A stretch of DNA of 60,933 bases from a virus (lineage: Duplodnaviria; Caudoviricetes): positions 1 through 60,933 of the IMG/VR virus record IMGVR_UViG_3300051212_000930; one strand, 5' to 3'. A model generated the notes under the pieces. It saw only the letters and a list, made by a program, of their open reading frames with translations. It did not search any database and was not told the origin of the DNA. The first letter of the stretch is position 1. Each line of letters starts with the position of its first letter. Of the stretch, positions 19,329-29,313 are shown piece after piece. The position numbers and the translations under genes are program-made.

Positions 19329-20480
19329 GAAAGAGTATTTAACATCAGCTCTTTGTGCCCCGATGTCACCCTCACCTTTTGGCGCAATCATCACATTATA
19401 TTGTAACGGTTCACCTTCTGGTGTTTTAACTAACTCATCATAGGTTAAAATTGTTTGCGGATCTACATTATAAGCCAAACCAAGTCTACTTTTTAATATT
19501 TCAGCACCATTTTCTTTAGCGTAAAGAGGTCTACCCTTACTATCTAATTTATAATTGCGTTTGTTATCATCCTTCACATAAAGATCGTCAAATAATTCTT
19601 TTGGCACCGTTTCAGCTTGTTTTTTATTCTCAATATTTTTTATTTTTGATCTTTCTCTTTTGTTAGCATCCGTTGAAAAGTTAACAACTATGTCTGGATC
19701 TGATAAATTAACAACATCACCCATTTTAGTGTATGCATATGATTTAACGTTGTAACCCTCAGCCTTAAGATCTTTGGTTATGTTTAAAGCAATTTGTAAA
19801 TATTTTTTAGCAAAAAAATCACCAGCATCATTCCATCTAAATTCAATTGTAACATCTGGATTCTTAACCGCAACAACTTCAAGTTCGTTTTTTAATAATT
19901 TTTCAAATCTTGCTGGGTAATTGAGTAAAAGATTTAAAATTCTGGTTTGGTTAACAAACACATCTGGGTACAATACATAACTACCTTTCCTTGCATAACA
20001 TATTGTTGCACAAGCTCCAGCCCCTGGACAAGTGTTAACAAAATAAAATTGTGTGTTTTCAATGTCATAGACTAAACCACGAAGTGCTGGTATACCTATA
20101 TTAACCGAAATAAGACCACCATCCGTTGATTTTTTCATTTTATCGTTTACACTGATAAGTTTATTTGGCATTGAAGTTATATTTTTTATAAAAGCATCAA
20201 TATCAATTTCACCAGAAGCTGTTTTTGGTATTCTTTTATTATGTATGTAAGGTTTATCTGGTGACAGTTTTTCTCTGTCTTTTGGTTTTTTTTCGTGGTT
20301 ATCCAAAACCGTGTTTAAATACTCAACCAGAGCCGCTCCAGTGATACATTTTTTACTAACATCAGCAAAATCCTCTTCCCAATCAATTTCATTTAACTCT
20401 TCTTCGGTAATCATTTCACCAGATAACATTTTCATTCTGGTAATCTCTTCAAATAATATAGCGTTTTTATATTTATCCAT
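19314..20480 (-). CDS. GP88-like putative Fe-S / radical-SAM-like protein
   Basis: CPGAGACATICYARKG (Cx5Cx3C), RWNDAGDFF and YAYTK motifs of phage gene-product-88-like proteins; N-terminal LFEEITRMKMLSG leader. Confidence 0.65.
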   Translation of the reverse strand: MDKYKNAILFEEITRMKMLSGEMITEEELNEIDWEEDFADVSKKCITGAALVEYLNTVLDNHEKKPKDREKLSPDKPYIHNKRIPKTASGEIDIDAFIKNITSMPNKLISVNDKMKKSTDGGLISVNIGIPALRGLVYDIENTQFYFVNTCPGAGACATICYARKGSYVLYPDVFVNQTRILNLLLNYPARFEKLLKNELEVVAVKNPDVTIEFRWNDAGDFFAKKYLQIALNITKDLKAEGYNVKSYAYTKMGDVVNLSDPDIVVNFSTDANKRERSKIKNIENKKQAETVPKELFDDLYVKDDNKRNYKLDSKGRPLYAKENGAEILKSRLGLAYNVDPQTILTYDELVKTPEGEPLQYNVMIAPKGEGDIGAQRADVKYSFLLFH

Positions 20481-20487
20481 TGTGTCC

Positions 20488-20507
20488 GATATTTATAGAT
20501 AAATATC
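20488..20507. promoter_or_regulatory. Inverted pair of TATTTAT motifs serving two divergent genes
   Basis: GATATTTAT-AG-ATAAATATC in a 33-bp gap between ATGs at 20480 (-) and 20514 (+). Confidence 0.7.
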
Positions 20508-20513
20508 ATTACC

Positions 20514-21605
20514 ATGAGAATAAATCTAGAAGAAAAAGAAAAGATATTTAAACAAGTCAAACACAGATTAGGTGCTCCGATCAGAAAAATACAGCTTGAA
20601 GAGGAACAAATGGACAGTTTATTAGAAATTGCCACAGAGGATTATATTGAATTTATTCAGAATTATATAATAGAACATCAATGGCCAGCCTTAATCGGAT
20701 TAAATGTATCTGAAGCTGATTTGACCAGAGCCTTTATAACCAGAGGTCAAGATTTTGTTACACAATATACCTATTCATACTCAAAGATTGTTGGTCTTGG
20801 GGCTGGTGAGGGCGGTTTTGTACTTAAAAAAGATTTTATTGAACTAGTAAAGGGGCAACAAATTTATGAAATACCAGCAAATCGTGAAATAAATGAGGTA
20901 CTGTGGTTTACCCCAGCAACAATTGACCAAGCGGTTATTGACCCATTCATTGGTGTTTGGAGTAATGCGTTTGGTGGTGAATATATTGGCTTGGGTAGTT
21001 ATTATATTTTACCCGCTTTTGATATCTTAATGAGGGCGTCCGATAGAAACTTAAAAAATAGAATTGTTAGGTCTGAACTAATTTATAAAATAACGAACGC
21101 CCCAAACGGAAAAAAATATATTCATTTAATGAACACCCCAGGTGATCGTTATGATTTTAGAAGCACTCTTTTTGATCAGGCTAAAGTTTGGTATTGGTAT
21201 TATGATATTAACCCACAAGATAAAGATGCTTGTTTCAGAGCAAATAAAGATATAATAAAATCACCGATGGATGTTCCTCTGGATAATATGTCGTTTGATG
21301 ATTTAAATGACCCATCAAAAATTTGGGTTAGACGTTATTTTACTGCTTTATGTAAAGAAACTTTAGGTAGAGTTAGAGGTACATTTGGTGGTAAAATACC
21401 TGTACCAGACGCGCAGATGGAGATTGAATATCAATCATTACTATCTGAGGGTAAAGATGAAATGGTAACTTTAAAAACAGAGTTAAGTACCATGTTGGGT
21501 AGATTAAGTCCACTTGAAATACTTAAAAGAGTTTCTGAAGAAGCTACATATGTAAACACATCATTAAAATTCAGGGCATTCCCCAAACCAATTAAAGTAA
21601 TTTAA
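20514..21605 (+). CDS. Neck protein / head-tail adaptor (T4 gp13-like)
   Basis: KHRLGAPIRKIQLEEEQ N-terminus and WVRRYFTALCKETLGRVRGTF.G.IP.P...EG..E...L C-terminus. Confidence 0.8.
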   Translation: MRINLEEKEKIFKQVKHRLGAPIRKIQLEEEQMDSLLEIATEDYIEFIQNYIIEHQWPALIGLNVSEADLTRAFITRGQDFVTQYTYSYSKIVGLGAGEGGFVLKKDFIELVKGQQIYEIPANREINEVLWFTPATIDQAVIDPFIGVWSNAFGGEYIGLGSYYILPAFDILMRASDRNLKNRIVRSELIYKITNAPNGKKYIHLMNTPGDRYDFRSTLFDQAKVWYWYYDINPQDKDACFRANKDIIKSPMDVPLDNMSFDDLNDPSKIWVRRYFTALCKETLGRVRGTFGGKIPVPDAQMEIEYQSLLSEGKDEMVTLKTELSTMLGRLSPLEILKRVSEEATYVNTSLKFRAFPKPIKVI

Positions 21606-21609
21606 TATT

Positions 21610-21936
21610 ATGGCAAATATTACAAAAATAGATTTAACAAGACAGGCTAAATTAAACGAATTAACTTTACCTGAAGTTGAAAACTTAATTGAAGAGGGTG
21701 AAACTCTTTTATATAAAAAAACAGATGGTTCACTGGGTATGGTTACAAAAGAATCGGGGGTTGCTAGTGAAGTTAATCCAGGTGGCGATGTGATAAAAAA
21801 TTTACCGATACCCCCATTGCCAGTATCATTTCCAGATCCATTTGAGGGATATGCCCTTACTGTTGTTAGGGACGGGTTTAATTTTAAATTGGTATGGGCG
21901 CTTGTTGACACAAATATAGATTATAATACACCATGA
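21610..21936 (+). CDS. Hypothetical virion protein, paralog of the N-terminus of the next gene
   Basis: Shares GDVIK.L...P..FP...GYAL..V.DG.NFKLVW.LVDTN with 21933..23591. Confidence 0.7.
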   Translation: MANITKIDLTRQAKLNELTLPEVENLIEEGETLLYKKTDGSLGMVTKESGVASEVNPGGDVIKNLPIPPLPVSFPDPFEGYALTVVRDGFNFKLVWALVDTNIDYNTP

Positions 21937-23591
21937 GCACAGTTTCTAAATTATTTACAACTGAACAATTAAAAATATCACAATTAAATTTTGGTGATTT
22001 AAATGCTATTTTATCTGATGGTGAGAGTACTATTTACGTTGATGCAAACAATGTTTTAAAAATTGCAACAAAAAACGGGTTGTTAATTGAAGAAAAAAAT
22101 GCGGCGGGCGATGTAATAAAATCATTAGATGCTGACGAAATACCAAGTACTTTTCCTTTGGCAAATACTGGTTATGCGTTAATTGCGGTTCAAGACGGCA
22201 CTAATTTTAAATTAGTTTGGGGGTTAGTTGACACCAACGGTAATTATAATGTAATTAGCGGATCCACGACTTACACTGTAGTTTTTACTGACCCATCGGT
22301 ACAAATATTTGATCCATCAACCCCAGGTAATTATCCGTTTAACGGTATTATTAATATAACTGTTTCTGGTGATGGTGCACTTGCGGGTAAGCGATATAGT
22401 ATTGATGGCGGAACAACATTCACATCAATATTATACACACCAAGCTATGAATGGCAAACACTTGGTAGCTTAACTGGTGAAACATATAATTTAATTGTTG
22501 AAGATGTTAATAACGAAATTTTATATACTGATACAATAACATTAAACGCGCCAGATTATAGTTGGGATTTTATAAGTCAGGGTTTGTATACCCCGCCAGA
22601 TGTACCTCCTATTCAACATTTAATTTATAAATCTGATGATACGAATCCGAGCCTACCTGGTGTTGAAATTAATGTAAAAGTCATAACTAATGATGACGGA
22701 TCGGACTATTATCCAGGGTTATATAAATACGATTATTATCTCGATGGCATCTTAATTTTAGAGTCGCCTTATACAGAAGATACAGAATACGTGATAGGCG
22801 TTGGTGTGGGTACTGGCGAAGGTACTTGGACAGCGGTTGTTACCAGAAAAAACCCAGGTTATATTCGTTTAGGTGTTTTAAATATATTTAGTTCTCCAAC
22901 ATATTATCCAAGTGTTTTTACTTGGTCAACCGACAACGGAAATACGTTTTCTTCACCAGCGAATAGTACACCACCATTTAGTTTAAATCCAATAACAAAT
23001 CAAATTACTATATCATATTCAGCGGATTCGTTAGATGTTGGGTCAAATAAAACAATATATATGAAAGAAGGCTCTAATATATATCAATACACCCACAGTT
23101 TAACACAATCACCAATTACATCAATTGAAATTAACCCTAATGTAATTGTTACTGGTACAACTGGTCTTATTAATGATTTTAATTTTTCTAACTCATTTAT
23201 TTTTAGCGATAGCTACAATGTGCCAAATATTATACCTAGAAATAGTGCAATGTGGACAAGTCTTTTACCAGGTTCAGCTTTAAGTTTTAAAGTTTTATAT
23301 TTGGATACATCTTATTATGGTTCCCTAACAACACAATTATCATTGAGAATTGAAGATATAAGTGGAACTTTAGTAGCAACAGAAATTGCGACATTAGCAA
23401 ATGATGATCCCATTAATGGACAAGAGTTTTCTTTTTATATACCCAATTTTGACACATTAATCGCTGGTTTTAGTTTATGGGGAGAAGTTATCAGGTTTAG
23501 ATTTATATTTACTCCAGATAATACGGTTATACCAGTAGCCCCAGAAAACGATGTTTTGTCTAAATTAAAATTTGTTAAATTTTTACCATAA
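21933..23591 (+). CDS. Putative virion fibre/decoration protein (beta-rich)
   Basis: Ser/Thr/Gly/Asn/Tyr-rich; YSIDGGTTF and WSTDNGNTF Asp-box-like motifs; in neck operon. Confidence 0.6.
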   Translation: MSTVSKLFTTEQLKISQLNFGDLNAILSDGESTIYVDANNVLKIATKNGLLIEEKNAAGDVIKSLDADEIPSTFPLANTGYALIAVQDGTNFKLVWGLVDTNGNYNVISGSTTYTVVFTDPSVQIFDPSTPGNYPFNGIINITVSGDGALAGKRYSIDGGTTFTSILYTPSYEWQTLGSLTGETYNLIVEDVNNEILYTDTITLNAPDYSWDFISQGLYTPPDVPPIQHLIYKSDDTNPSLPGVEINVKVITNDDGSDYYPGLYKYDYYLDGILILESPYTEDTEYVIGVGVGTGEGTWTAVVTRKNPGYIRLGVLNIFSSPTYYPSVFTWSTDNGNTFSSPANSTPPFSLNPITNQITISYSADSLDVGSNKTIYMKEGSNIYQYTHSLTQSPITSIEINPNVIVTGTTGLINDFNFSNSFIFSDSYNVPNIIPRNSAMWTSLLPGSALSFKVLYLDTSYYGSLTTQLSLRIEDISGTLVATEIATLANDDPINGQEFSFYIPNFDTLIAGFSLWGEVIRFRFIFTPDNTVIPVAPENDVLSKLKFVKFLP

Positions 23592-23599
23592 TATTACAT

Positions 23600-25063
23600 A
23601 TGTTTAAAACTGAGTTAGAAAAAGGTTCATACTATGATTTTGTTTTGACAAACGATTGTAGATTTTTTAAAAGAAATATTGAAAATAATATTTTATTTCA
23701 TATTGACGTTACCGAAGATTTGTGCGACACATCTGGTTATGAATTAAATCAAAACGTTTTAATAAAAAATATATCACTCACTGGTTACGATAATTTTTTT
23801 ATACCAACAGAAAATTCGTTGCCTGAGGTTATAATTGATCCAGAAATTGAATATCAATTTATATCTGGTGATACGTTTTGTTTTCATGAAGTTTCTGGTT
23901 ATACAAAAAATATTAAATATAATATAGAAACTCACAACGGTTACAACCAACTAGATGGCGGTTTTTATCAAGGGTTTTTTAAATTATTTGGCTATCCAGT
24001 TGAATTTTTTCCATCTAGAATGCGAAAAGGTTGGAGTGTTAATATGTTGTTACATTTACCAACTGGCGCAACAACGGGTGTTACAACTGGTATGACATTA
24101 AATAATATTTTTAACAACCCAGGATTTATTTTTTATATTGGTACTAGAGCTGAAAACAAATTTTCTGATTTAACAAATGTGGAGATAACAAAATTAAAGG
24201 ATGATTATTCTTTTAACTTTTTAGACACATACAATCTTTACACAGTTAATTATTACACGCTAAACGGTCTACCATATACTGGATATTTTAATTATTACAA
24301 TGGAATACCATATATTGGTAGAAAATACAACCCTTTAGAGTCAGTTGCATTAACATATAACAACAAATATAAAGATATCTTAAATAACGCACTTGGGGTT
24401 AGAATAACACCAGATGGTAGAGTTGGTTATAGAACTATTTACGAAACAGACCCATGTTATACTGGAGAAACTCAAGATGTAAGTGGTATAACAAATAATT
24501 CTTTTATTGATTACTCGTCACTTTGTGATGATTTTACAATTCGTAAAATTATAACAAAATATTTTACAATAGAGGAATCTTACACTAGATTACCAGTTAT
24601 CAATTTGTCCGATAATAAATATTTACTATTTACCATTAGCTTTGAAAGAGATTTTAGTTATGACAATAAATGTCAATTAAAATACGGTGATTACAAAAAA
24701 GGTACATTAAGTATTTTACTGAATGGTTTTACGGTTTATCGAAATCATAAATTTAAGGAAATTATTCCTCACGAGTTAGATGCGGAATCAAAATATCAAG
24801 AAGGGGTTCCATTTAATATATCGTATGGTGGGGGGACACAAGGTTTATACGAAGCTGTTTATTTAGATGGCGCGAAAGAAGTCCAAGGTATTCTTGAAAA
24901 GTTTTTTGCTGGTACATTTGATGGTGGTGTTAAATTTATCGAAATGTATTCAACGCCACTATACCCGATAGAAGTGAGAGATATTATTAAAAATAAATTA
25001 ACTGAATACGATTTATATTTACCAAAAGGTGGTAGACGTATATTTATTAAAAACGTAATGTAA
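23600..25063 (+). CDS. Putative virion structural protein (lectin/LamG-like beta-sandwich suspected)
   Basis: 487 aa, aromatic and beta-rich, many [S/T]GxT motifs; ends F.GTFDGGV.FIEMYSTPL...EV, reminiscent of LamG C-termini. Confidence 0.55.
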   Translation: MFKTELEKGSYYDFVLTNDCRFFKRNIENNILFHIDVTEDLCDTSGYELNQNVLIKNISLTGYDNFFIPTENSLPEVIIDPEIEYQFISGDTFCFHEVSGYTKNIKYNIETHNGYNQLDGGFYQGFFKLFGYPVEFFPSRMRKGWSVNMLLHLPTGATTGVTTGMTLNNIFNNPGFIFYIGTRAENKFSDLTNVEITKLKDDYSFNFLDTYNLYTVNYYTLNGLPYTGYFNYYNGIPYIGRKYNPLESVALTYNNKYKDILNNALGVRITPDGRVGYRTIYETDPCYTGETQDVSGITNNSFIDYSSLCDDFTIRKIITKYFTIEESYTRLPVINLSDNKYLLFTISFERDFSYDNKCQLKYGDYKKGTLSILLNGFTVYRNHKFKEIIPHELDAESKYQEGVPFNISYGGGTQGLYEAVYLDGAKEVQGILEKFFAGTFDGGVKFIEMYSTPLYPIEVRDIIKNKLTEYDLYLPKGGRRIFIKNVM

Positions 25064-25467
25064 TGGTATTTTCAATAAGACAATATTCAACCTTACCAAC
25101 ACTAAAAATGAGGTTATATCGTGATGGTAGAAACGATTATAATCGTTTTGAAGAGTTACTGGAAAACTCAGTTATAACTTTTGCGATGAAAGATGAAAAA
25201 ACTGGTATTTATAAAATCGCAAATAAAGAGGCTAATATAATTTTAAAAGATCCTTGCACGGAAAATAGTCGAAAAGAATATTATATTGCATATGATTTTA
25301 CAAGTGAAGACACCGAAAAACCAGGAATTTATTTAGGTGAATTTAAAATTAATTTTTTGGATACAAATTTACAACCAAATGGCGAATTAATCGTACCAAT
25401 AGGGGAGCAATTATACATCCATATACTCGATTCTTTCGTTAAAAACGATATCACATACATTAATTAA
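25063..25467 (+). CDS. Small virion protein (BppU N-terminal-like Ig fold suspected)
   Basis: FSIRQYSTLPTLKM...Y.FT.EDT...G.Y.GEF.I pattern; TATTTAT at 25041. Confidence 0.55.
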   Translation: MVFSIRQYSTLPTLKMRLYRDGRNDYNRFEELLENSVITFAMKDEKTGIYKIANKEANIILKDPCTENSRKEYYIAYDFTSEDTEKPGIYLGEFKINFLDTNLQPNGELIVPIGEQLYIHILDSFVKNDITYIN

Positions 25468-25477
25468 AAGACCAAGA

Positions 25478-25509
25478 TTTGCTTTTTACCAAGTAGTTTA
25501 CTATCTTTG
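25478..25509 (+). promoter_or_regulatory. Bacteroidota-type promoter TTTG-N20-TATCTTTG for DNA polymerase
   Basis: Exact match to the Bacteroidota -33 TTTG / -7 TAnnTTTG consensus, 20 nt upstream of the polymerase ATG. Confidence 0.75.
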
Positions 25510-25529
25510 TGGCAAATTATAGGTAAAGT

Positions 25530-28500
25530 ATGTCTGATTATAAAATATCTTTAAGCGAAGTCGAGTCTTTTTTACTGGGTCACGATGACGAAAAATATAT
25601 CGTAAATTTAGAGTACGATAAAGAAACGAACTTAATTTATAAGTTCAAACAACTACCTGACGGCACAAAAACAACTGAAACCGAACCGCTTAAGTCCTTT
25701 ATGTGGATGAAACACCTCGGCGAGTTAAAAGAAAACCTTAATTTTTACGGTAAAAACGATCTAAACATTCAAAATGCTAGAAAAGAATATGGTATAACCA
25801 TAACCGAACTTGACCACCAAAACCACCCTAAGCTTGAGACTGGTTACCAATATTTGGTAACTTGCGATCAGGGGCATGAAAGAATGTTGCAGTTTTTTAG
25901 AAACGGAGGTCTTTATGGTGGTGTGTACGATAGACGTAATGGTATAAATGAAAACTTCTTAATTTTGAGCCCTATCGAACAATACCTAATATCAACAGGT
26001 AAAAGGCTTTATAAAGGTTATGAGGACTACGACAATCTAGAAAAATTCGTATTTGACTTAGAGACAACTGGTTTGGATCCTAAAACTTCTAGGATATTTT
26101 TAGTTGGTTGTAAGTCAAATAATGGTTTTGAGGAATTATTTGATTGTGAAACCGATGGTGAAAATGCTGACAGAAGTGAAGTTGCCGCGATAGCTAAATT
26201 TTTTGCGGTTATCGATTATTTAAAACCAACAATAATTGGGGGGTACAATAGTGCAAACTTTGACTGGGATTTTATTTTTAAAAGATGTGAAATACTTGGT
26301 GTTGATATAACTAAAATCGCCAAAACACTAAAAAACGGTGAAGTTATTAATAATCGAGATGGTATATTAAAATTGGGTAACGAAATTGAAGATTATGTTC
26401 AAACAAACATGTTCGGATATTCGATTATTGATATTATACACTCTGTTAGAAGAGCTCAAGCAATTGACTCTAGCATGAAGTCAGCCTCGTTAAAATACGT
26501 TTGTAAGTATAACAAAGTAGCAAAAAAGAATCGTGTCTATATTAAAGGTGATAAGATTGGCGCTTTATGGTCTAGCGATAAAAAATATTATTTTGATGAT
26601 AAGACTGGTTCTTATTTAGAAATAAAACCAAAATTTGAAAAAATGGATTATATCACAAGAGAAATTGTTCGAGATAATCCTAAAAAAATATTTGTTTTTG
26701 GTGATAATGATGAGCGTGATGGTTTTGGTGGCCAGGCTGGCCAAATGAGGGGGGAAAAAAACTCAATTGGAATACCAACAAAGAAAAAACCAACAATGGA
26801 TCCTGATGCGTTCTATTGTGATTCCGAATTTGAAGAAAATAAGAAAAAGATTAATTATGCGGTAACGCAAATTTTATCAAAAATACGAGATGGTTATAGT
26901 GTTGTTTTTCCATCAGATGGTCTTGGTACTGGTTTAGCTGAATTACCAAAAAGAGCGCCAAAAACTTATCAGTTTTTACTGGCAAATATTAATGCCATTG
27001 AAAAGTATGTCAATCACGATTGGATTGAAGTTGATGGTAAATACATAGTTAAAAGGTATTTGATGGATGACTTATGGGAGACCATGGAAGTTGATAACAT
27101 CTACAATCAAACATCTTTTATGTTGGCTAAAATGATCCCAACCACATATCAAAGAGTGTCAACCATGGGTACCGCTGGGTTATGGAAACTACTAATGCTA
27201 ACATGGTCTTATGAGAAAAATTTAGCAATACCAATTTCGGATAGAAAAAGAGATTTTGTTGGGGGGTTATCAAGACTATTAAAAGTTGGGTTCTCAAAAG
27301 ACTTGAGAAAAATGGACTTTAACTCACTGTACCCAGCTATACAATTAGCGCATGATGTATTCCCATCTGTTGATGTTAGTGGTGTAATGAAATCTTTCTT
27401 AAAATATTTTCACTCTGAAAGATTTAAAGCAAAAGACTTGGCTAAAAAATATGGTAAAGAGGGTAATAAACAACTTGAGTCGCTTTACAAAAGAAAACAA
27501 TTACCACTTAAAATCTTCATCAACTCGATGTTCGGTGCGTTGGGTGCACCAAATGCGTTCCCGTGGGCTGAAATGGATGTTGCTGAGGGTATAACATGTA
27601 GAGCTAGGCAGTATCTTCGTTTAATGGTTAAGTTCTTTATGAAAAGAGGTTACCAACCAACTGTACTTGACACTGACGGTGTTAACTTCATGGCGCCAAG
27701 TACAGGTGAAGAACATTTTTATTATGTGGGTAAAGGTTATAATAGCGAAGTTGTTGCGGGTAAAGAATACAGAGGTGTACATGCCGTTGTTGCTGAATTT
27801 AATGATTTATATATGAAAGGCGAGATGGCACTTGGTTTAGATGGTATGTGGCCAGCCACACTAAATTTAGCTCGTAAAAACTATGCTCTACTTGAAAATG
27901 ATGGTAGTATTAGTTTAACTGGAAATACGATTAAATCTAAAAAGCTACCAATTTATATTGAAGAGTTTTTGGATAAGTCTATTGTTTTACTTTTAAACGG
28001 TAAGGGTTATGAGTTTGTCCAACTTTATTATGATTATATAGGTAAGATATGTGACAAAAAAATACCTTTGGCTAAAATCGCAACCAAAGCTAGGGTTAAA
28101 AAAACTATTGAACAATATAGAAACAGAGGTGTTAACAAAAACGGACAACCATTACCAAAACAAGCTCATATGGAATTGGCTATTTTAAATAATATATCGG
28201 TCAGTTTGGGTGATACACTTTATTATGTGAATAATGGTACAAAAAAATCTCACGGAGATATCCAAACAACCAAAAAATGTAAGTTAAAGGCGGCTGAAGT
28301 TAGATTGTTTGAGATTAATAATGGTAAGTCACCAGGCCCAGAGTATTATGATATAACTGAAAAAATAAATTGCTATCTTCTTGATGAAAAGCAAATGGAG
28401 GCTAACCCAGAAGCTGTTGGGGAATACAATGTTGAAAAATATGTTGCGATGTTTAATTCTAGAATCAAAGGGCTTTTGGTTAATTTTGATATTAAGGTTA

Positions 28501-28736
28501 GAAACCAAATACTAATTAACAACCCAGAAGAAAAAAAGAATTGGATGGTATCAGAACTTGAAATGGTTAATAGCCAACCAAATAAAGAAAGCGATCAAGA
28601 TACAATTGAGGAATTATTCACACCATCAGACCTTGAAAAGATTTATTGGGGTAAATACAATTACGATTCTGATTTTTGGTTTACGGATAATGTCAATTTC
28701 ACAATCCCAGGTTTGGGTAGAGAAGTACCTGTTTAG
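25530..28736 (+). CDS. Family B DNA polymerase with ~130-aa inserted domain
   Basis: ExoI FDLETTG, ExoII GYNSANFDW, ExoIII RYLMDD; polymerase motifs DFNSLYP, KIFINSMFG, DTDG. Insertion at ~26630-27020. Confidence 0.95.
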   Translation: MSDYKISLSEVESFLLGHDDEKYIVNLEYDKETNLIYKFKQLPDGTKTTETEPLKSFMWMKHLGELKENLNFYGKNDLNIQNARKEYGITITELDHQNHPKLETGYQYLVTCDQGHERMLQFFRNGGLYGGVYDRRNGINENFLILSPIEQYLISTGKRLYKGYEDYDNLEKFVFDLETTGLDPKTSRIFLVGCKSNNGFEELFDCETDGENADRSEVAAIAKFFAVIDYLKPTIIGGYNSANFDWDFIFKRCEILGVDITKIAKTLKNGEVINNRDGILKLGNEIEDYVQTNMFGYSIIDIIHSVRRAQAIDSSMKSASLKYVCKYNKVAKKNRVYIKGDKIGALWSSDKKYYFDDKTGSYLEIKPKFEKMDYITREIVRDNPKKIFVFGDNDERDGFGGQAGQMRGEKNSIGIPTKKKPTMDPDAFYCDSEFEENKKKINYAVTQILSKIRDGYSVVFPSDGLGTGLAELPKRAPKTYQFLLANINAIEKYVNHDWIEVDGKYIVKRYLMDDLWETMEVDNIYNQTSFMLAKMIPTTYQRVSTMGTAGLWKLLMLTWSYEKNLAIPISDRKRDFVGGLSRLLKVGFSKDLRKMDFNSLYPAIQLAHDVFPSVDVSGVMKSFLKYFHSERFKAKDLAKKYGKEGNKQLESLYKRKQLPLKIFINSMFGALGAPNAFPWAEMDVAEGITCRARQYLRLMVKFFMKRGYQPTVLDTDGVNFMAPSTGEEHFYYVGKGYNSEVVAGKEYRGVHAVVAEFNDLYMKGEMALGLDGMWPATLNLARKNYALLENDGSISLTGNTIKSKKLPIYIEEFLDKSIVLLLNGKGYEFVQLYYDYIGKICDKKIPLAKIATKARVKKTIEQYRNRGVNKNGQPLPKQAHMELAILNNISVSLGDTLYYVNNGTKKSHGDIQTTKKCKLKAAEVRLFEINNGKSPGPEYYDITEKINCYLLDEKQMEANPEAVGEYNVEKYVAMFNSRIKGLLVNFDIKVRNQILINNPEEKKNWMVSELEMVNSQPNKESDQDTIEELFTPSDLEKIYWGKYNYDSDFWFTDNVNFTIPGLGREVPV

Positions 28737-28782
28737 TTAACAAATGCGATTTCCTAGATATTTATAAGAAATATTAAATAAT

Positions 28783-29313
28783 ATGGAAGACGGTATAAAA
28801 GAGTTTGTTAATTTGGATGGTAGCATTATTAGTAGTAAAGTTCCTAATATTGACCCAAAAACCTCTGCCAAAACAACGACAGATAAAAGTGTAAGGATGA
28901 GAACTCAACCTTACAATTGGACAATATATAATGTAAAATTACAAGAAAAAGAACTACCGTATTCTAACGAAGCTAATAAAATGGCTAAAGATCCAGAAAA
29001 TTTTTATAAATTTTTGGAATCTGTTGGTGAATCTGAAAAATTTGAAGAGTACTTTGAAGCTAAATCAACACCAGAATCTAAACTAAAAGAAATTAGTAAA
29101 GAAAAGGCGTATAAAATGATGGAGACTCTTTTAGCGAAAAAAAATCACGTTGGCGATGTGTTAACAAAACAAGTTCCGACAATCGATGAAATTAAAAATA
29201 AAGAAATTTTACTATTAGATAAATTAACAAAAATCGCCGAGACAATTAAAGAAGTAATGTCTGAGGACGAGAAAAAAGTTATTTTGTCTTATTTCAGTGA
29301 AAAGATAAGATAA
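28783..29313 (+). CDS. Hypothetical late protein
   Basis: 176-aa Glu/Lys-rich ORF preceded by TATTTAT (28759). Confidence 0.7.
   Translation: MEDGIKEFVNLDGSIISSKVPNIDPKTSAKTTTDKSVRMRTQPYNWTIYNVKLQEKELPYSNEANKMAKDPENFYKFLESVGESEKFEEYFEAKSTPESKLKEISKEKAYKMMETLLAKKNHVGDVLTKQVPTIDEIKNKEILLLDKLTKIAETIKEVMSEDEKKVILSYFSEKIR

Noticed and set aside
26630-27020. Polymerase insertion as an intein or intron
   Set aside because: No Cys/Ser...His-Asn splice junctions, no homing endonuclease motif, and the frame is uninterrupted.
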